From: a virus
DNA length: 64,000 nucleotides
Virus record (IMG/VR): IMGVR_UViG_3300031963_000013
Direction: 5' to 3' (one strand)
The position numbers and the translations under genes were made by a program. Positions 8,729 to 18,361 of this stretch are shown one piece after another. The notes beneath the pieces were generated by a model, which searched no databases, had not been told where the DNA came from, and worked only from the letters and a program-made list of their open reading frames with translations. Numbering within the stretch: the first letter of the stretch is position 1; each line of letters begins with the position of its first letter.

Positions 8729-9202
8729 ATGAACATATTCTATTTACACGAAGATCCAATCTTGGCAGCAAGAGATCTGTGCGATCAACACATTCTAAAA
8801 ATGGGTATAGAATCTGCGCAAATGCTGTCAACTGCACACTGGGCCACAGGCGGCCAAGCTCCATACAAAAAAGCTCACCTAAATCACCCATCGACAAAGT
8901 GGGTTAGAGAATCAATACAACACTATAGGTGGTTGGTATACCACGCTGAAGAGATATTTAACATATACACAAAGCATTACGGAAGAGTACACAAAACCCA
9001 AGGAATATTAGAGTGGCTAAAACAAAACGAGCCAAAAATACCAGACAACGGTTTTTATGCACCGCCCCAATGTATGCCTGATGAATACAAGCAAGAGAAC
9101 GCTGTAGACGCTTATAGAACGTTTTACGCCCTTGATAAAATAGTCGGTAAACAATTAACTTACAACAGGGTTAAAGCCAAACCAGAATGGCTATATAGCT
9201 AA
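8729..9202 (+). CDS. Pyrimidine-dimer DNA glycosylase / endonuclease V-like family protein
   Basis: MNIFYLHEDP..AA...CDQH..KM..ESAQML; HLNHPSTKW; PQCMPDEYK...AYR.FY. Confidence 0.8.
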   Translation: MNIFYLHEDPILAARDLCDQHILKMGIESAQMLSTAHWATGGQAPYKKAHLNHPSTKWVRESIQHYRWLVYHAEEIFNIYTKHYGRVHKTQGILEWLKQNEPKIPDNGFYAPPQCMPDEYKQENAVDAYRTFYALDKIVGKQLTYNRVKAKPEWLYS

Positions 9203-9208
9203 TACACA

Positions 9209-9216
9209 TATTTATA
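9209..9216 (+). promoter_or_regulatory. Putative late promoter TATTTATA
   Basis: Intergenic, 17 nt before ATG 9234. Confidence 0.6.
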
Positions 9217-9233
9217 GATAAAGTTTAAAACAA

Positions 9234-9605
9234 ATGAATTTATTCAATTCTTTAAAGAAGATCAGCGAAAAGTGGCTAAAACCAGTTTCTTTTATAGTTG
9301 GCTGCCTTTTATTTTTGTACATTTTTATTGTAGTATTTACGCCAAAAACAAAAATATCTAAAGAGTCAAGGAATAAATTGGATTCTATAGAATTGCAAAT
9401 ACAGGCTTTGAAAAAACAGCAAGTAAAACAAGACTCGTTGCTTACAGTTGAATCTAACGAAAGAGTCGCTATCGATAAACAGTTAGAAACGGTAAACAAT
9501 AAAACTACAATCATTAGAGAGTATTACATAGAAAAATCAAAAGAAGTTTCGAACTACAACTCCACACAGTTAGACTCATTTTTCAGATCAAGATACGGAT
9601 ACTAA
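9234..9605 (+). CDS. Membrane-anchored coiled-coil protein (possibly spanin-like)
   Basis: N-terminal TM helix followed by a heptad-rich region. Confidence 0.55.
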   Translation: MNLFNSLKKISEKWLKPVSFIVGCLLFLYIFIVVFTPKTKISKESRNKLDSIELQIQALKKQQVKQDSLLTVESNERVAIDKQLETVNNKTTIIREYYIEKSKEVSNYNSTQLDSFFRSRYGY

Positions 9606-9618
9606 AAATTAAAAAAAC

Positions 9619-10023
9619 ATGAAAAGCATCTTCATCTCCATATTCACAATTTTTTTATTATCTTTTGCAGAAAAAGCCAAATCGCAAGACACCATAAAAA
9701 TACCAGTATTTGTAGCTAAACAGATAGCCAAAGATCTAGTATCTTACGATAGCGCTAGAGCAGAGCTGCTTTTATCAAAACAGAGGATAGACTTACTAAA
9801 TTTAAAAGTTGATTCTTACAACAAAAGCATTTCAGTGTATCAAGAGAAAGAGGTTAACTACGTAAATCAGCTAAATTTATCTGCGGCTAAGTTGGACATT
9901 TGGAAGAAAGAATACAACGACTTGGCTAACAGATACAGATCACTGAAGTTAAAAAATACAAGAACACAGATAATAGCTGGTGTATTGGTAGGAACTCTAA
10001 CTTACTTTGCTATAAAACGTTAA
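9619..10023 (+). CDS. Secreted coiled-coil protein with a C-terminal hydrophobic segment (possibly spanin-like)
   Basis: Signal peptide, coiled coil, and IIAGVLVGTLTYFAI at the C-terminus. Confidence 0.55.
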   Translation: MKSIFISIFTIFLLSFAEKAKSQDTIKIPVFVAKQIAKDLVSYDSARAELLLSKQRIDLLNLKVDSYNKSISVYQEKEVNYVNQLNLSAAKLDIWKKEYNDLANRYRSLKLKNTRTQIIAGVLVGTLTYFAIKR

Positions 10024-10029
10024 CAAAAC

Positions 10030-11622
10030 ATGAGTACACCGAACGTTGATTTAAGGGACAGAATAAAAGAGGAGTTTGTTAAGTGCGCCTCTGATCCTGT
10101 GTATTTCATGAGAAAGTACTACATGATACAACACCCCACAAGGGGAAGACAGCTGTTCGATCTTTACGAATTCCAAGAAAAAGTACTTAAGATATACCAA
10201 AACCAAGAGTATGTAATAATAAACAAATCGAGGCAGTTGGGTATATCCACTCTAGTTTCGGCTTATTCGCTATGGATGATGCTGTTTAATAAAGATAAGA
10301 ACGTTCTTGTGGTTGCTACTACGCAATCAACAGCAAAAAACATGGTAACCAAAGTGCGATTTGCGTATCAGAATTTGCCAACCTGGTTAAAAATAGGTCA
10401 CACTGAAGACAACAGGCTTAGTTTAAGGTTAACAAACGGTTCTCAAATAAAAGCTGTATCAGCCGCCGGTGACGCAACACGTTCAGAAGCGGTATCGTTG
10501 CTTGTCATAGACGAAGCTGCGTTCATAGATCGTATCGAAGAGATATTTACCGCAGCTCAACAAACTCTTGCAACAGGCGGTCGATGCATAGCTCTTTCTA
10601 CGCCAAACGGAATAGGTAACTGGTTTCACAAGACATACACCAAAGCCCAGAAGAAAGAAAACAATTTCACCCCCGTAAGCTTGCCCTGGAGAGTACACCC
10701 AGAAAGAGACGAGACTTGGAGAGAGCAACAAACAAAGGAGTTGGGCGTAAGAAACGCAGCACAAGAGTGCGATTGCGATTTCGCCACTTCAGGAAACAGT
10801 TACATAGAACCGGACATACTAACCCACTACGAATTGAACACGGTGAGCGAGCCTTTCGAAAGACGTGGAATGGACAAGGCCCTTTGGATTTGGGAATATC
10901 CCGATCCAGTGAAACACTACATGTTGATAGCTGACGTTGCGCGTGGAGACGGAAGCGACTATTCTGGCTTTCACGTAATAGACATAGAAACAATAACCCA
11001 AGTCGCAGAGTACAAAGCGCAAATAGATACAAGAGAGTACGCGAACATTCTTTTAGCGACAGCGAACGAATACAATCAAGCTTTATTGGTAGTAGAAAAC
11101 GCAAACATAGGTTGGGACGTAGTTCAAACCCTAGTTGAAAGGAATTACACAAACTTGCACTACGGTCACAGGGCAGACAGCGACGGTAGCTTTGAAAAAT
11201 ACGTAGACAGATTCGATAGAGCTGCAGGACTAGTTCCAGGGTTCAGTACAACTCAAAAAACAAGACCGCTTGTACTAGAAAAAATGAGAGATTTTATAGA
11301 AAACAAAGTGTGTACAATAAGATCTGTAAGACTGTTAGAAGAGTTGCGTGTATTTATATGGAAGAACGGTAAACAACAAGCGATGCAGGGGTACAACGAT
11401 GATCTAGTGATGAGCTTCGCAATAGGCATGTACCTTAGAGAGACTTCTTTGAGATTCAAAAAAACAATGAACAACTTGACTAGCGCTACGATAAACAACA
11501 TAAGTAAAACTAGTCAACCAAACTCTTACTATAACCCAAACAGTTACTATAACGATCCTTGGAGCATGAGCATAGCAACTCCACAAGGAAGCGAAAATAT
11601 AGACATTAGCTGGTTAATATAA
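10030..11622 (+). CDS. terL: Terminase large subunit (T4 gp17-like)
   Basis: KSRQLGIST Walker A, LLVIDEAAF Walker B, STPNG motif, ADVARGDGSDYS and DDLVM nuclease motifs. Confidence 0.97.
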   Translation: MSTPNVDLRDRIKEEFVKCASDPVYFMRKYYMIQHPTRGRQLFDLYEFQEKVLKIYQNQEYVIINKSRQLGISTLVSAYSLWMMLFNKDKNVLVVATTQSTAKNMVTKVRFAYQNLPTWLKIGHTEDNRLSLRLTNGSQIKAVSAAGDATRSEAVSLLVIDEAAFIDRIEEIFTAAQQTLATGGRCIALSTPNGIGNWFHKTYTKAQKKENNFTPVSLPWRVHPERDETWREQQTKELGVRNAAQECDCDFATSGNSYIEPDILTHYELNTVSEPFERRGMDKALWIWEYPDPVKHYMLIADVARGDGSDYSGFHVIDIETITQVAEYKAQIDTREYANILLATANEYNQALLVVENANIGWDVVQTLVERNYTNLHYGHRADSDGSFEKYVDRFDRAAGLVPGFSTTQKTRPLVLEKMRDFIENKVCTIRSVRLLEELRVFIWKNGKQQAMQGYNDDLVMSFAIGMYLRETSLRFKKTMNNLTSATINNISKTSQPNSYYNPNSYYNDPWSMSIATPQGSENIDISWLI

Positions 11623-11626
11623 AAAT

Positions 11627-13558
11627 ATGGCAGAAGAACAAAAAAAACCCGAAAACAATCTATTTAGCGCTCTGAGAAGACTATTCTCTACCGATGTAAT
11701 CATTCGTAACGAAGGCGGTGGAATGGTAAAAGTCATCGATAGCGATAAGATACAAACGTCAGGCGTAATACAGACGAACAGTCTTATAGATAGATTCCAT
11801 AAAGTCTACACAACGTCAACAGCGTACGGTGTTAACATGAACTTGGCGCAAAACTACCAATCAGCGAGAGTTCAGATATACGCAGATTACGACGCGATGG
11901 ACACAGACGCTATCATCGCTTCCGCGTTGGACATCATCGCTGACGAGTGTACGTTGAAGAACGAGCAAGGAGAAGTGCTACAGATACGGTCTTCTGACGA
12001 AAACATCCAAAAGCTTCTTTACAACTTGTATTACTCTATACTAAACGTAGAGTTTACTCTGTGGTCTTGGATAAGAAACATGTGTAAATACGGTGATTTT
12101 TACATAAAACTGGAAATAGCAGAGGGTTTCGGAGTGTACAACGTGATCCCGTTCTCTGCCTACAACATAGTTAGACAAGAGGGGTACAACATAAAAAACC
12201 CAAGCGAAGTTAGATTTAAGTACGATCCAAACGCAGCTATCGCATCTACCACAGGTTACGGCTCAGCTTTCAACAACCAAGATACTGGCATCTTCTTCGA
12301 TAACTACGAGATGGCGCATTTCAGACTCACAGGCGACGTTAACTACCTGCCTTACGGTAGATCTTATTTGGAGCCAGCAAGAAAGCTGTTTAAGCAGTAT
12401 ACGCTTATAGAAGACGCCATGTTGATTCACAGGATAGTAAGAGCCCCAGAAAGACGAGTGTTCTACGTTAACGTTGGTGCTATACCTCCAAACGAAGTAG
12501 AAAACTACATGCAAAGGATGATCAATAAGATGAAAAAAACTCCTTTGATAGATCCCCAGACAGGCGATTACAACCAAAAGTACAACGTGCAAAACATGCT
12601 CGAGGACTACTTCATACCTGTAAGAGGCAACGATCAGGCCACAAGAATAGACACAGCGAAGGGTCTGGATTACAACGGTATCGAAGACGTTGCGTACTTT
12701 AGAGAGAAACTTTTTGCAGCGTTGAAGGTACCAAAGGCTTTCATGGGATACGAAAAGGATTTGACAGGTAAAGCGACCCTAGCAGCAGAAGACATACGAT
12801 TTGCAAGAACCGTAGAAAGGATACAAAGGATCATAGTTTCAGAATTGACTAAGATCGGTTTGATCCACCTATACGCTCACGGATACACGAACGAATCAGC
12901 TGCCAACTTCACAATATCGTTAACAAATCCGTCTATCATATACGATCAAGAAAGGATTGCGTTATTCAAAGAAAAGATAGACTTAGCAAGACAAGCGATG
13001 GAAGGTCAATTGTTACCAAGAGACTTCATATACGATAAAGTATTCCACTTCTCTGAAGATCAATACCTAGAGCTGGAAGACATGATACTAGAAGACCAAA
13101 AACGTCTATTCAGATACAAACAAATAGCTGAAGAAGGCAACGATCCATCAGAAACAGGACAAGCGTTCGGTACTCCTCACCAATTGGCCAGTCTTTACGG
13201 AGGCAAAGGTGATATGCCACTTGACGTACCGACAGGATACGATGAAAATAAACCTAAAGACGAATACAAATCCCCAGGCCGTCCCCAAAAGCACAAATCT
13301 ATACGTGGCACAGACGCTAGTTCTTTTGGAAGAGACGCAATGGGTACTTACGATTTAAAATCAAACGCTGAAACAGGAGAAGATAACATGAAACCTGAAT
13401 ACCGTGGAGGTCCTTTAGCTTTCGAAAACTCTAACAGCGAATTTTACAAAAACAAAAAAATGTTAGATTCAATGTTTTCTTCAAAATCAAGAAAAACAAA
13501 ATTATTTGAAGAGAGCGATATATTAAACGAAGATAACATATTAACAGATCCGGAGTAA
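11627..13558 (+). CDS. Portal protein (T4 gp20-like)
   Basis: YGRSYLEPARK...LIEDAMLIHRIVRAPERRVFY, MLEDYFIP and ALKVPK; follows terL. Confidence 0.95.
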   Translation: MAEEQKKPENNLFSALRRLFSTDVIIRNEGGGMVKVIDSDKIQTSGVIQTNSLIDRFHKVYTTSTAYGVNMNLAQNYQSARVQIYADYDAMDTDAIIASALDIIADECTLKNEQGEVLQIRSSDENIQKLLYNLYYSILNVEFTLWSWIRNMCKYGDFYIKLEIAEGFGVYNVIPFSAYNIVRQEGYNIKNPSEVRFKYDPNAAIASTTGYGSAFNNQDTGIFFDNYEMAHFRLTGDVNYLPYGRSYLEPARKLFKQYTLIEDAMLIHRIVRAPERRVFYVNVGAIPPNEVENYMQRMINKMKKTPLIDPQTGDYNQKYNVQNMLEDYFIPVRGNDQATRIDTAKGLDYNGIEDVAYFREKLFAALKVPKAFMGYEKDLTGKATLAAEDIRFARTVERIQRIIVSELTKIGLIHLYAHGYTNESAANFTISLTNPSIIYDQERIALFKEKIDLARQAMEGQLLPRDFIYDKVFHFSEDQYLELEDMILEDQKRLFRYKQIAEEGNDPSETGQAFGTPHQLASLYGGKGDMPLDVPTGYDENKPKDEYKSPGRPQKHKSIRGTDASSFGRDAMGTYDLKSNAETGEDNMKPEYRGGPLAFENSNSEFYKNKKMLDSMFSSKSRKTKLFEESDILNEDNILTDPE

Positions 13559-13567
13559 ATAATCATA

Positions 13568-13575
13568 TATTTATA
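13568..13575 (+). promoter_or_regulatory. Putative late promoter TATTTATA
   Basis: Intergenic, before ATG 13595. Confidence 0.6.
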
Positions 13576-13594
13576 GGTAGAATCTAATCACAAT

Positions 13595-14443
13595 ATGGCA
13601 GTTAAACACAGCAAATATAGAAACACAGCAATTCTGTTTGAATTGTTGGTTAGACAAACAACATCTGACTTACTACAAAACAGGGATTCGAAGTCTGTTA
13701 AGATTTTAAAAAAGTATTTTAGTAATACAGAGTTAGGTAAAGAGTACGCTCTGTACAGTTCGTTTAACACTACGCCCAAGTTAACAGAGGGAAAAGCTGA
13801 AATGTTCATAAGCACAGTTTTGGACCAAAGAAAAAAATTGGATCAAGAAAAATTGGACAGATTGAAGTATAACTTGATAAAAGAGATCAAAAGCAATTAC
13901 GATATCGATAACTTCTTCAAAGCCAAAGTTGACAATTACAAAACTTACGCGTCCATATACACAATATTTGAATCTCACACAAACAAATCTTTCGACGTAA
14001 AGCAAGTACTTTTAAGTAAAATAAACCTACTAGAACATATAACCGAAGAGAACATCGAAAACAAACCGATATCTTCCGTAATGGTAGAGGAGTTTATGAA
14101 AGAGGACAAAGAGATTAGACTTCTAGCTTACAAAATAATAGTTGAAAAATTCAATTCAAAGTATTCGAAATTTTCTGAAAGACAAAAGAACGTTTTAAAA
14201 GAATACATAAACAGTGTATCCGATACAGAATACCTAAAAGCGTATCTTAACAAAACCATCAAAGAAATAAAATCAGAGCTTGTTTCAATCAAAGATTCGG
14301 TTAAAGACGACGTTACAAGGATTAGATTGAAAGAGACTATAAAGCTTTTGGAACCAATAAAGCCAAATCAAAGCATAAAAGACGAGAACATATCTAACGT
14401 CTTACAGTACTTAGAATTGGTAGAAGAGTTAAAGAAACTTTAG
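13595..14443 (+). CDS. Helical head-morphogenesis-region protein
   Basis: KHSKYRNTAILFELLVRQ N-terminus; lies between portal and protease. Confidence 0.7.
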   Translation: MAVKHSKYRNTAILFELLVRQTTSDLLQNRDSKSVKILKKYFSNTELGKEYALYSSFNTTPKLTEGKAEMFISTVLDQRKKLDQEKLDRLKYNLIKEIKSNYDIDNFFKAKVDNYKTYASIYTIFESHTNKSFDVKQVLLSKINLLEHITEENIENKPISSVMVEEFMKEDKEIRLLAYKIIVEKFNSKYSKFSERQKNVLKEYINSVSDTEYLKAYLNKTIKEIKSELVSIKDSVKDDVTRIRLKETIKLLEPIKPNQSIKDENISNVLQYLELVEELKKL

Positions 14444-14454
14444 AATCAAAAAAT

Positions 14455-15615
14455 ATGCAATTTAACAACCAGTTTGCTACAATAAAACTGAGAGAAACCA
14501 TCGCTGAGAACCAGGTTATCTTCTCGATAGACGACCAAAAGATAGATGATTTGTTTTCAAACGAATTTAGAGGCGATGTAGAATACGTACAAGACGGTTC
14601 AGACGTTTACTACGTGATTGATCAAAACGACTTTGAGAAGTTTGTAGACTACGTACAAAGCGTAGGATTGGATTCGAACAACATACACGTTCACGAATAC
14701 TTTAAAGAACAGGGTAACGTTACAGGAGGAGGAGAAGCGTATTTACCGGGGTTGGACGTTCCAGAAAAAAAGTACAAAGGCCAAAACGAAGGAGACGGGT
14801 ACGAAAAAGTAAAGGGATTCAGAGCGGGCCACACTCCGGATAGAGGCGGTTTCCAATACAAAGATTTGTGGGACGTTAACGAAGAGTACGAAACAGACAA
14901 AAAGCTTAAAGTAACTCTTAAAGGTAACATAAACTACAACAAGATAGGCGACGTAACAGACGTTTCGAAAGACGGAAAGTACTACACACTACAATTCAAA
15001 AACGGGAAAACAGCTATATATCACCAATCAGACTTAACTAAACCCGCTGCACAAAAATCTTTTGAAGAGAAACCAAGACTAGACATAAGCGAAGAGGATA
15101 TACAAGAGGCGTACGTACCAGACAACATAAAGAATTTTGCTAAAAGAAAACAGATTACTGGCATTGTAAATCAAGTAGCTCGTTGGGCTGAAAAAGCAGG
15201 TAAACGCATTGTTGGTGGAACAGCTGTTGGTAAAAATTATAGTACATTAATACTAGATTTAACTTATCAAGGCGGAGAAGTACGCATCAATACAGATGAT
15301 GAAACTATTGAAGTTAATGGAGATTGGGTTGACAGCTACCAGGGCTTTGTAGCTGCTTTAAGCGATGAATCACTAAACGAAAACTACCACCGCTTCAAGA
15401 AAGAGACTGTAACCAGAAGCAAAGAGCAGCAGATGCACGAAGCCATTAAATTGGTGCGCAAGAAGCTGTACGAAGCTGAGAAGGTTATGGATTACGTAAA
15501 CACAATGAAAGAAGAGCTTGGACTACGCGAATACAAGGGTCACACAAGCAAACTGATGGAGAAGCTTCAAGTATCCATCTCCGAGATATACAAAAAATAC
15601 AAATCAATAAAGTAA
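14455..15615 (+). CDS. Multidomain probable internal head protein
   Basis: Several segments separated by LRE, VNE, IQE and LNE sites. Confidence 0.65.
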   Translation: MQFNNQFATIKLRETIAENQVIFSIDDQKIDDLFSNEFRGDVEYVQDGSDVYYVIDQNDFEKFVDYVQSVGLDSNNIHVHEYFKEQGNVTGGGEAYLPGLDVPEKKYKGQNEGDGYEKVKGFRAGHTPDRGGFQYKDLWDVNEEYETDKKLKVTLKGNINYNKIGDVTDVSKDGKYYTLQFKNGKTAIYHQSDLTKPAAQKSFEEKPRLDISEEDIQEAYVPDNIKNFAKRKQITGIVNQVARWAEKAGKRIVGGTAVGKNYSTLILDLTYQGGEVRINTDDETIEVNGDWVDSYQGFVAALSDESLNENYHRFKKETVTRSKEQQMHEAIKLVRKKLYEAEKVMDYVNTMKEELGLREYKGHTSKLMEKLQVSISEIYKKYKSIK

Positions 15616-15616
15616 C

Positions 15617-15745
15617 ATGGCAAAATCAAAATCATCAGGAGATAGCCGTAAAGTAACTTTCGGTAAAAGAAAAAAAGGAAGCTCACAAAAATCACACAAC
15701 AAACACGATAGAAAAGAAAAAATGTATCGTGGACAAGGAAGATAA
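15617..15745 (+). CDS. Small basic protein ending YRGQGR (42 aa), not in the ORF track
   Basis: MAKSKSSGDSRKVTFGKRKKGSSQKSHNKHDRKEKMYRGQGR*; this C-terminus resembles small basic proteins of T4-like phages. Confidence 0.75.
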   Translation: MAKSKSSGDSRKVTFGKRKKGSSQKSHNKHDRKEKMYRGQGR

Positions 15746-15753
15746 TATTTATT
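15746..15753 (+). promoter_or_regulatory. Putative late promoter TATTTATT
   Basis: 3 nt before ATG 15757. Confidence 0.55.
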
Positions 15754-15756
15754 GAT

Positions 15757-17724
15757 ATGAACATAACCAAACTATACCAACAGCTACAAGAGGGTAAAAC
15801 GTCCCGCGATTACTTCGTTAAAGAAGCACGCAGACAATTTCCACAGTTCATCAGTCCAGTGACTTCTTTTAAAGACGCTGTGAACATACTAAAAGGAAAA
15901 AGACTAGTATCAGAGAACGTAACCAAAGAGGTAAGCGGTGCATTCTTCGATGCTCCAACTTTTAAAAACGAATTACAAACCACCGAAGAATCTTTACAGG
16001 AGATAAAGGGCGTAGACGAAGAACTTCTTGATATAGTGCTTAAGTACGTTAAAGATCCTGACGAAGCTATACAGTATATAAAGAGGGGAATGCCGGATTG
16101 GTTAGAAGCTAATCTAGATAGAGACGAAGATTATAAGAATTATTTAAAAAGTACGAGAGGAGTAGATCTATACCCCGGAAACATGGGAGATGAGATGTCT
16201 GCTCCTAGAGAAGGAAAAATAAACGAAGCCCACAAACTTGACACAGAGCAGATATTGGATCGCATGTCTCCTTACGCTGTTAGAAAGGGCATAGAGTTAG
16301 AGTTGAAGAAAGAAAAGGTGATAGACAACACTACACTCAATAAAATCAAGACCCGTGTCGCTAAGAAGCTTCAAAAAAATAAAAACGCTTACGAAGACCA
16401 AGTTTTCTCAAACGTTAAAGAAATAGACAAAAAAGATAAGCAATTAGAAACAAAGGAAGTAACCCAAGAGTTGAACGATAAACACAACTCAATGAAAAAA
16501 ATTAAGGGGTACAAAGAAGAGAAGGCAAACACAAAAGCTTCTAAGAAAGAAAACAGAAAGGGAAAACCTAAAGGCGTAAAAGTGATGCCTGACAAAGGCG
16601 TTACTGGATCTGAAAAGATATTAAAAGAAGACATTCAGGATAGAGCAGACGCTATTAATAGGTTCGCTAGACTAGTTAAATCTAAAAACATCGAAGATAT
16701 AAAAAACGAATTAGAAGCGATAGTACAGTTTCCAGAACAGAGCAGTATTACGCCTAGTGAAGCAACAAAGATAATTAAAAAATATTGCACACCAGAAGAA
16801 GCTCAGCAGATATTAGACGACATAAATCAACCAATGACCGATCCAGCTGGTGGCAGCGGTTTATCTTCTCATCTTGAAGAGGATGAATTTAGAGCACCAA
16901 CAAACAAACCGTTGGTTAACAAAGAAGAGGTGGACGACCAAGAATTGGAAGCATTAAAAATGAAAGTTATAGGTTGGTATAAAAAAAATTATACTAATTC
17001 AAAATCACCGCTCGTTTCAAAATGGGCAACTGAATTTGAGGCAGACGTAAACAGAGCTACAAACAAACAAGAAATCAAACAAGTCGTAGATAGCATATTG
17101 ATGGGAGATACAACCACCGCTATGACTAACTTGGGTTTAAACGAAGACAAAGCGGAGGTGTTGAACAATATAAAAGAGTTTTTACAAGAGTACAGCTACT
17201 TGGAATACCACCAAGGCATGGAAGTAAACACACCAGACGGTCCCGGAGTAGTTAAAGAAATAATGGGCGGTACGTTAACTATAGAGTTGGAAGACAGCGC
17301 TTTAAGAGACTATCAGATGAACGTGATAAACAAAGCAACAACAGATAGTAAAGAACAACCAAAACAAACACCGCAAGCCGCAGCAGTCGACAAAGACAAA
17401 GAAGATAGGGACGCAGCATTCTCAAAGTTTCCTTTTGGCAACCTTGGCAGCGTAAAGGGCCCAGACACTGGAATAAAGAAAGAGGCCTACAAGAACATGA
17501 CACACGAAGAGAAACTTAAAGCGATAATGGAAAAAGTTCAAGCGATGGAAGAGGGCGAAAAGAAACACAAGGCTTTGGACATTGTAAAGAAGAAGTTGAA
17601 AGAGGCTACAAAAATCCACGCAGGAGGAGAAGTTTTTTTTAAGAAAGATTCAGAAGTACCAGGATTTGAAGCTGATCTAAAATCAGCAGGAGTTAAATAC
17701 ACAAAAGAGAGAGTAGCATCATGA
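15757..17724 (+). CDS. Large Lys/Glu-rich probable internal head (poly)protein
   Basis: Many (L/I/V)xE sites (LQE, VSE, INE, LKE, LNE); directly upstream of the prohead protease. Confidence 0.65.
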   Translation: MNITKLYQQLQEGKTSRDYFVKEARRQFPQFISPVTSFKDAVNILKGKRLVSENVTKEVSGAFFDAPTFKNELQTTEESLQEIKGVDEELLDIVLKYVKDPDEAIQYIKRGMPDWLEANLDRDEDYKNYLKSTRGVDLYPGNMGDEMSAPREGKINEAHKLDTEQILDRMSPYAVRKGIELELKKEKVIDNTTLNKIKTRVAKKLQKNKNAYEDQVFSNVKEIDKKDKQLETKEVTQELNDKHNSMKKIKGYKEEKANTKASKKENRKGKPKGVKVMPDKGVTGSEKILKEDIQDRADAINRFARLVKSKNIEDIKNELEAIVQFPEQSSITPSEATKIIKKYCTPEEAQQILDDINQPMTDPAGGSGLSSHLEEDEFRAPTNKPLVNKEEVDDQELEALKMKVIGWYKKNYTNSKSPLVSKWATEFEADVNRATNKQEIKQVVDSILMGDTTTAMTNLGLNEDKAEVLNNIKEFLQEYSYLEYHQGMEVNTPDGPGVVKEIMGGTLTIELEDSALRDYQMNVINKATTDSKEQPKQTPQAAAVDKDKEDRDAAFSKFPFGNLGSVKGPDTGIKKEAYKNMTHEEKLKAIMEKVQAMEEGEKKHKALDIVKKKLKEATKIHAGGEVFFKKDSEVPGFEADLKSAGVKYTKERVAS

Positions 17725-18356
17725 GCAAACAACTTTTAATAGAGCATTCTTTTTTTACACCAACTATTAACTTACACGAGGGATTAAAAAACCAAAACGG
17801 TAACCTTATAGTTAGGGGTAAAGTGCAAGCTAGCGACAAACCAAACGCAAACCGCAGAGTGTATCCTTACGAAACTCTGTTCGAACAGGTTAAAAAATAC
17901 GTCGACGGTCCTATAAAAGAGAAGCGTGCGCTCGGAGAACTGGATCACCCAGAGAGCTCTATCATAAATTTGAAAAACGTTTCTCACAACATACTGGATC
18001 TTTGGTGGGAAGGTAAAGACGTTTTCGGTACTATCGAAATACTGCCTACTCCCTCTGGTAACATACTCAAAGAGCTTTTTTTAAACAACATAACTGTAGG
18101 CATATCCTCAAGGGCTTTGGGTTCAACCACTCCCATGGCAGAAGGCTTAGTGAAAGTTGAAGAAGATTTGGAATTGATATGTTGGGACTTTGTTAGTCAA
18201 CCCTCAACCTACGGTTCTTACATGAAACCTGTTAACGGTTTAAGAGAGTCTTACGACGCAACAATCATAACTCAAACGCAAAACAAATACACAAACGTTA
18301 ACAATTTGATGAGAGACATCATATGTGAAATGTCGGGTGTATGTTGCATAAACTAA
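17721..18356 (+). CDS. Prohead core protease (T4 gp21-like)
   Basis: NANRRVYP, ALGELDHP, VSH, GISSRALGS and WDFVSQPST. Confidence 0.95.
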   Translation: MSKQLLIEHSFFTPTINLHEGLKNQNGNLIVRGKVQASDKPNANRRVYPYETLFEQVKKYVDGPIKEKRALGELDHPESSIINLKNVSHNILDLWWEGKDVFGTIEILPTPSGNILKELFLNNITVGISSRALGSTTPMAEGLVKVEEDLELICWDFVSQPSTYGSYMKPVNGLRESYDATIITQTQNKYTNVNNLMRDIICEMSGVCCIN

Positions 18357-18361
18357 TAAAA

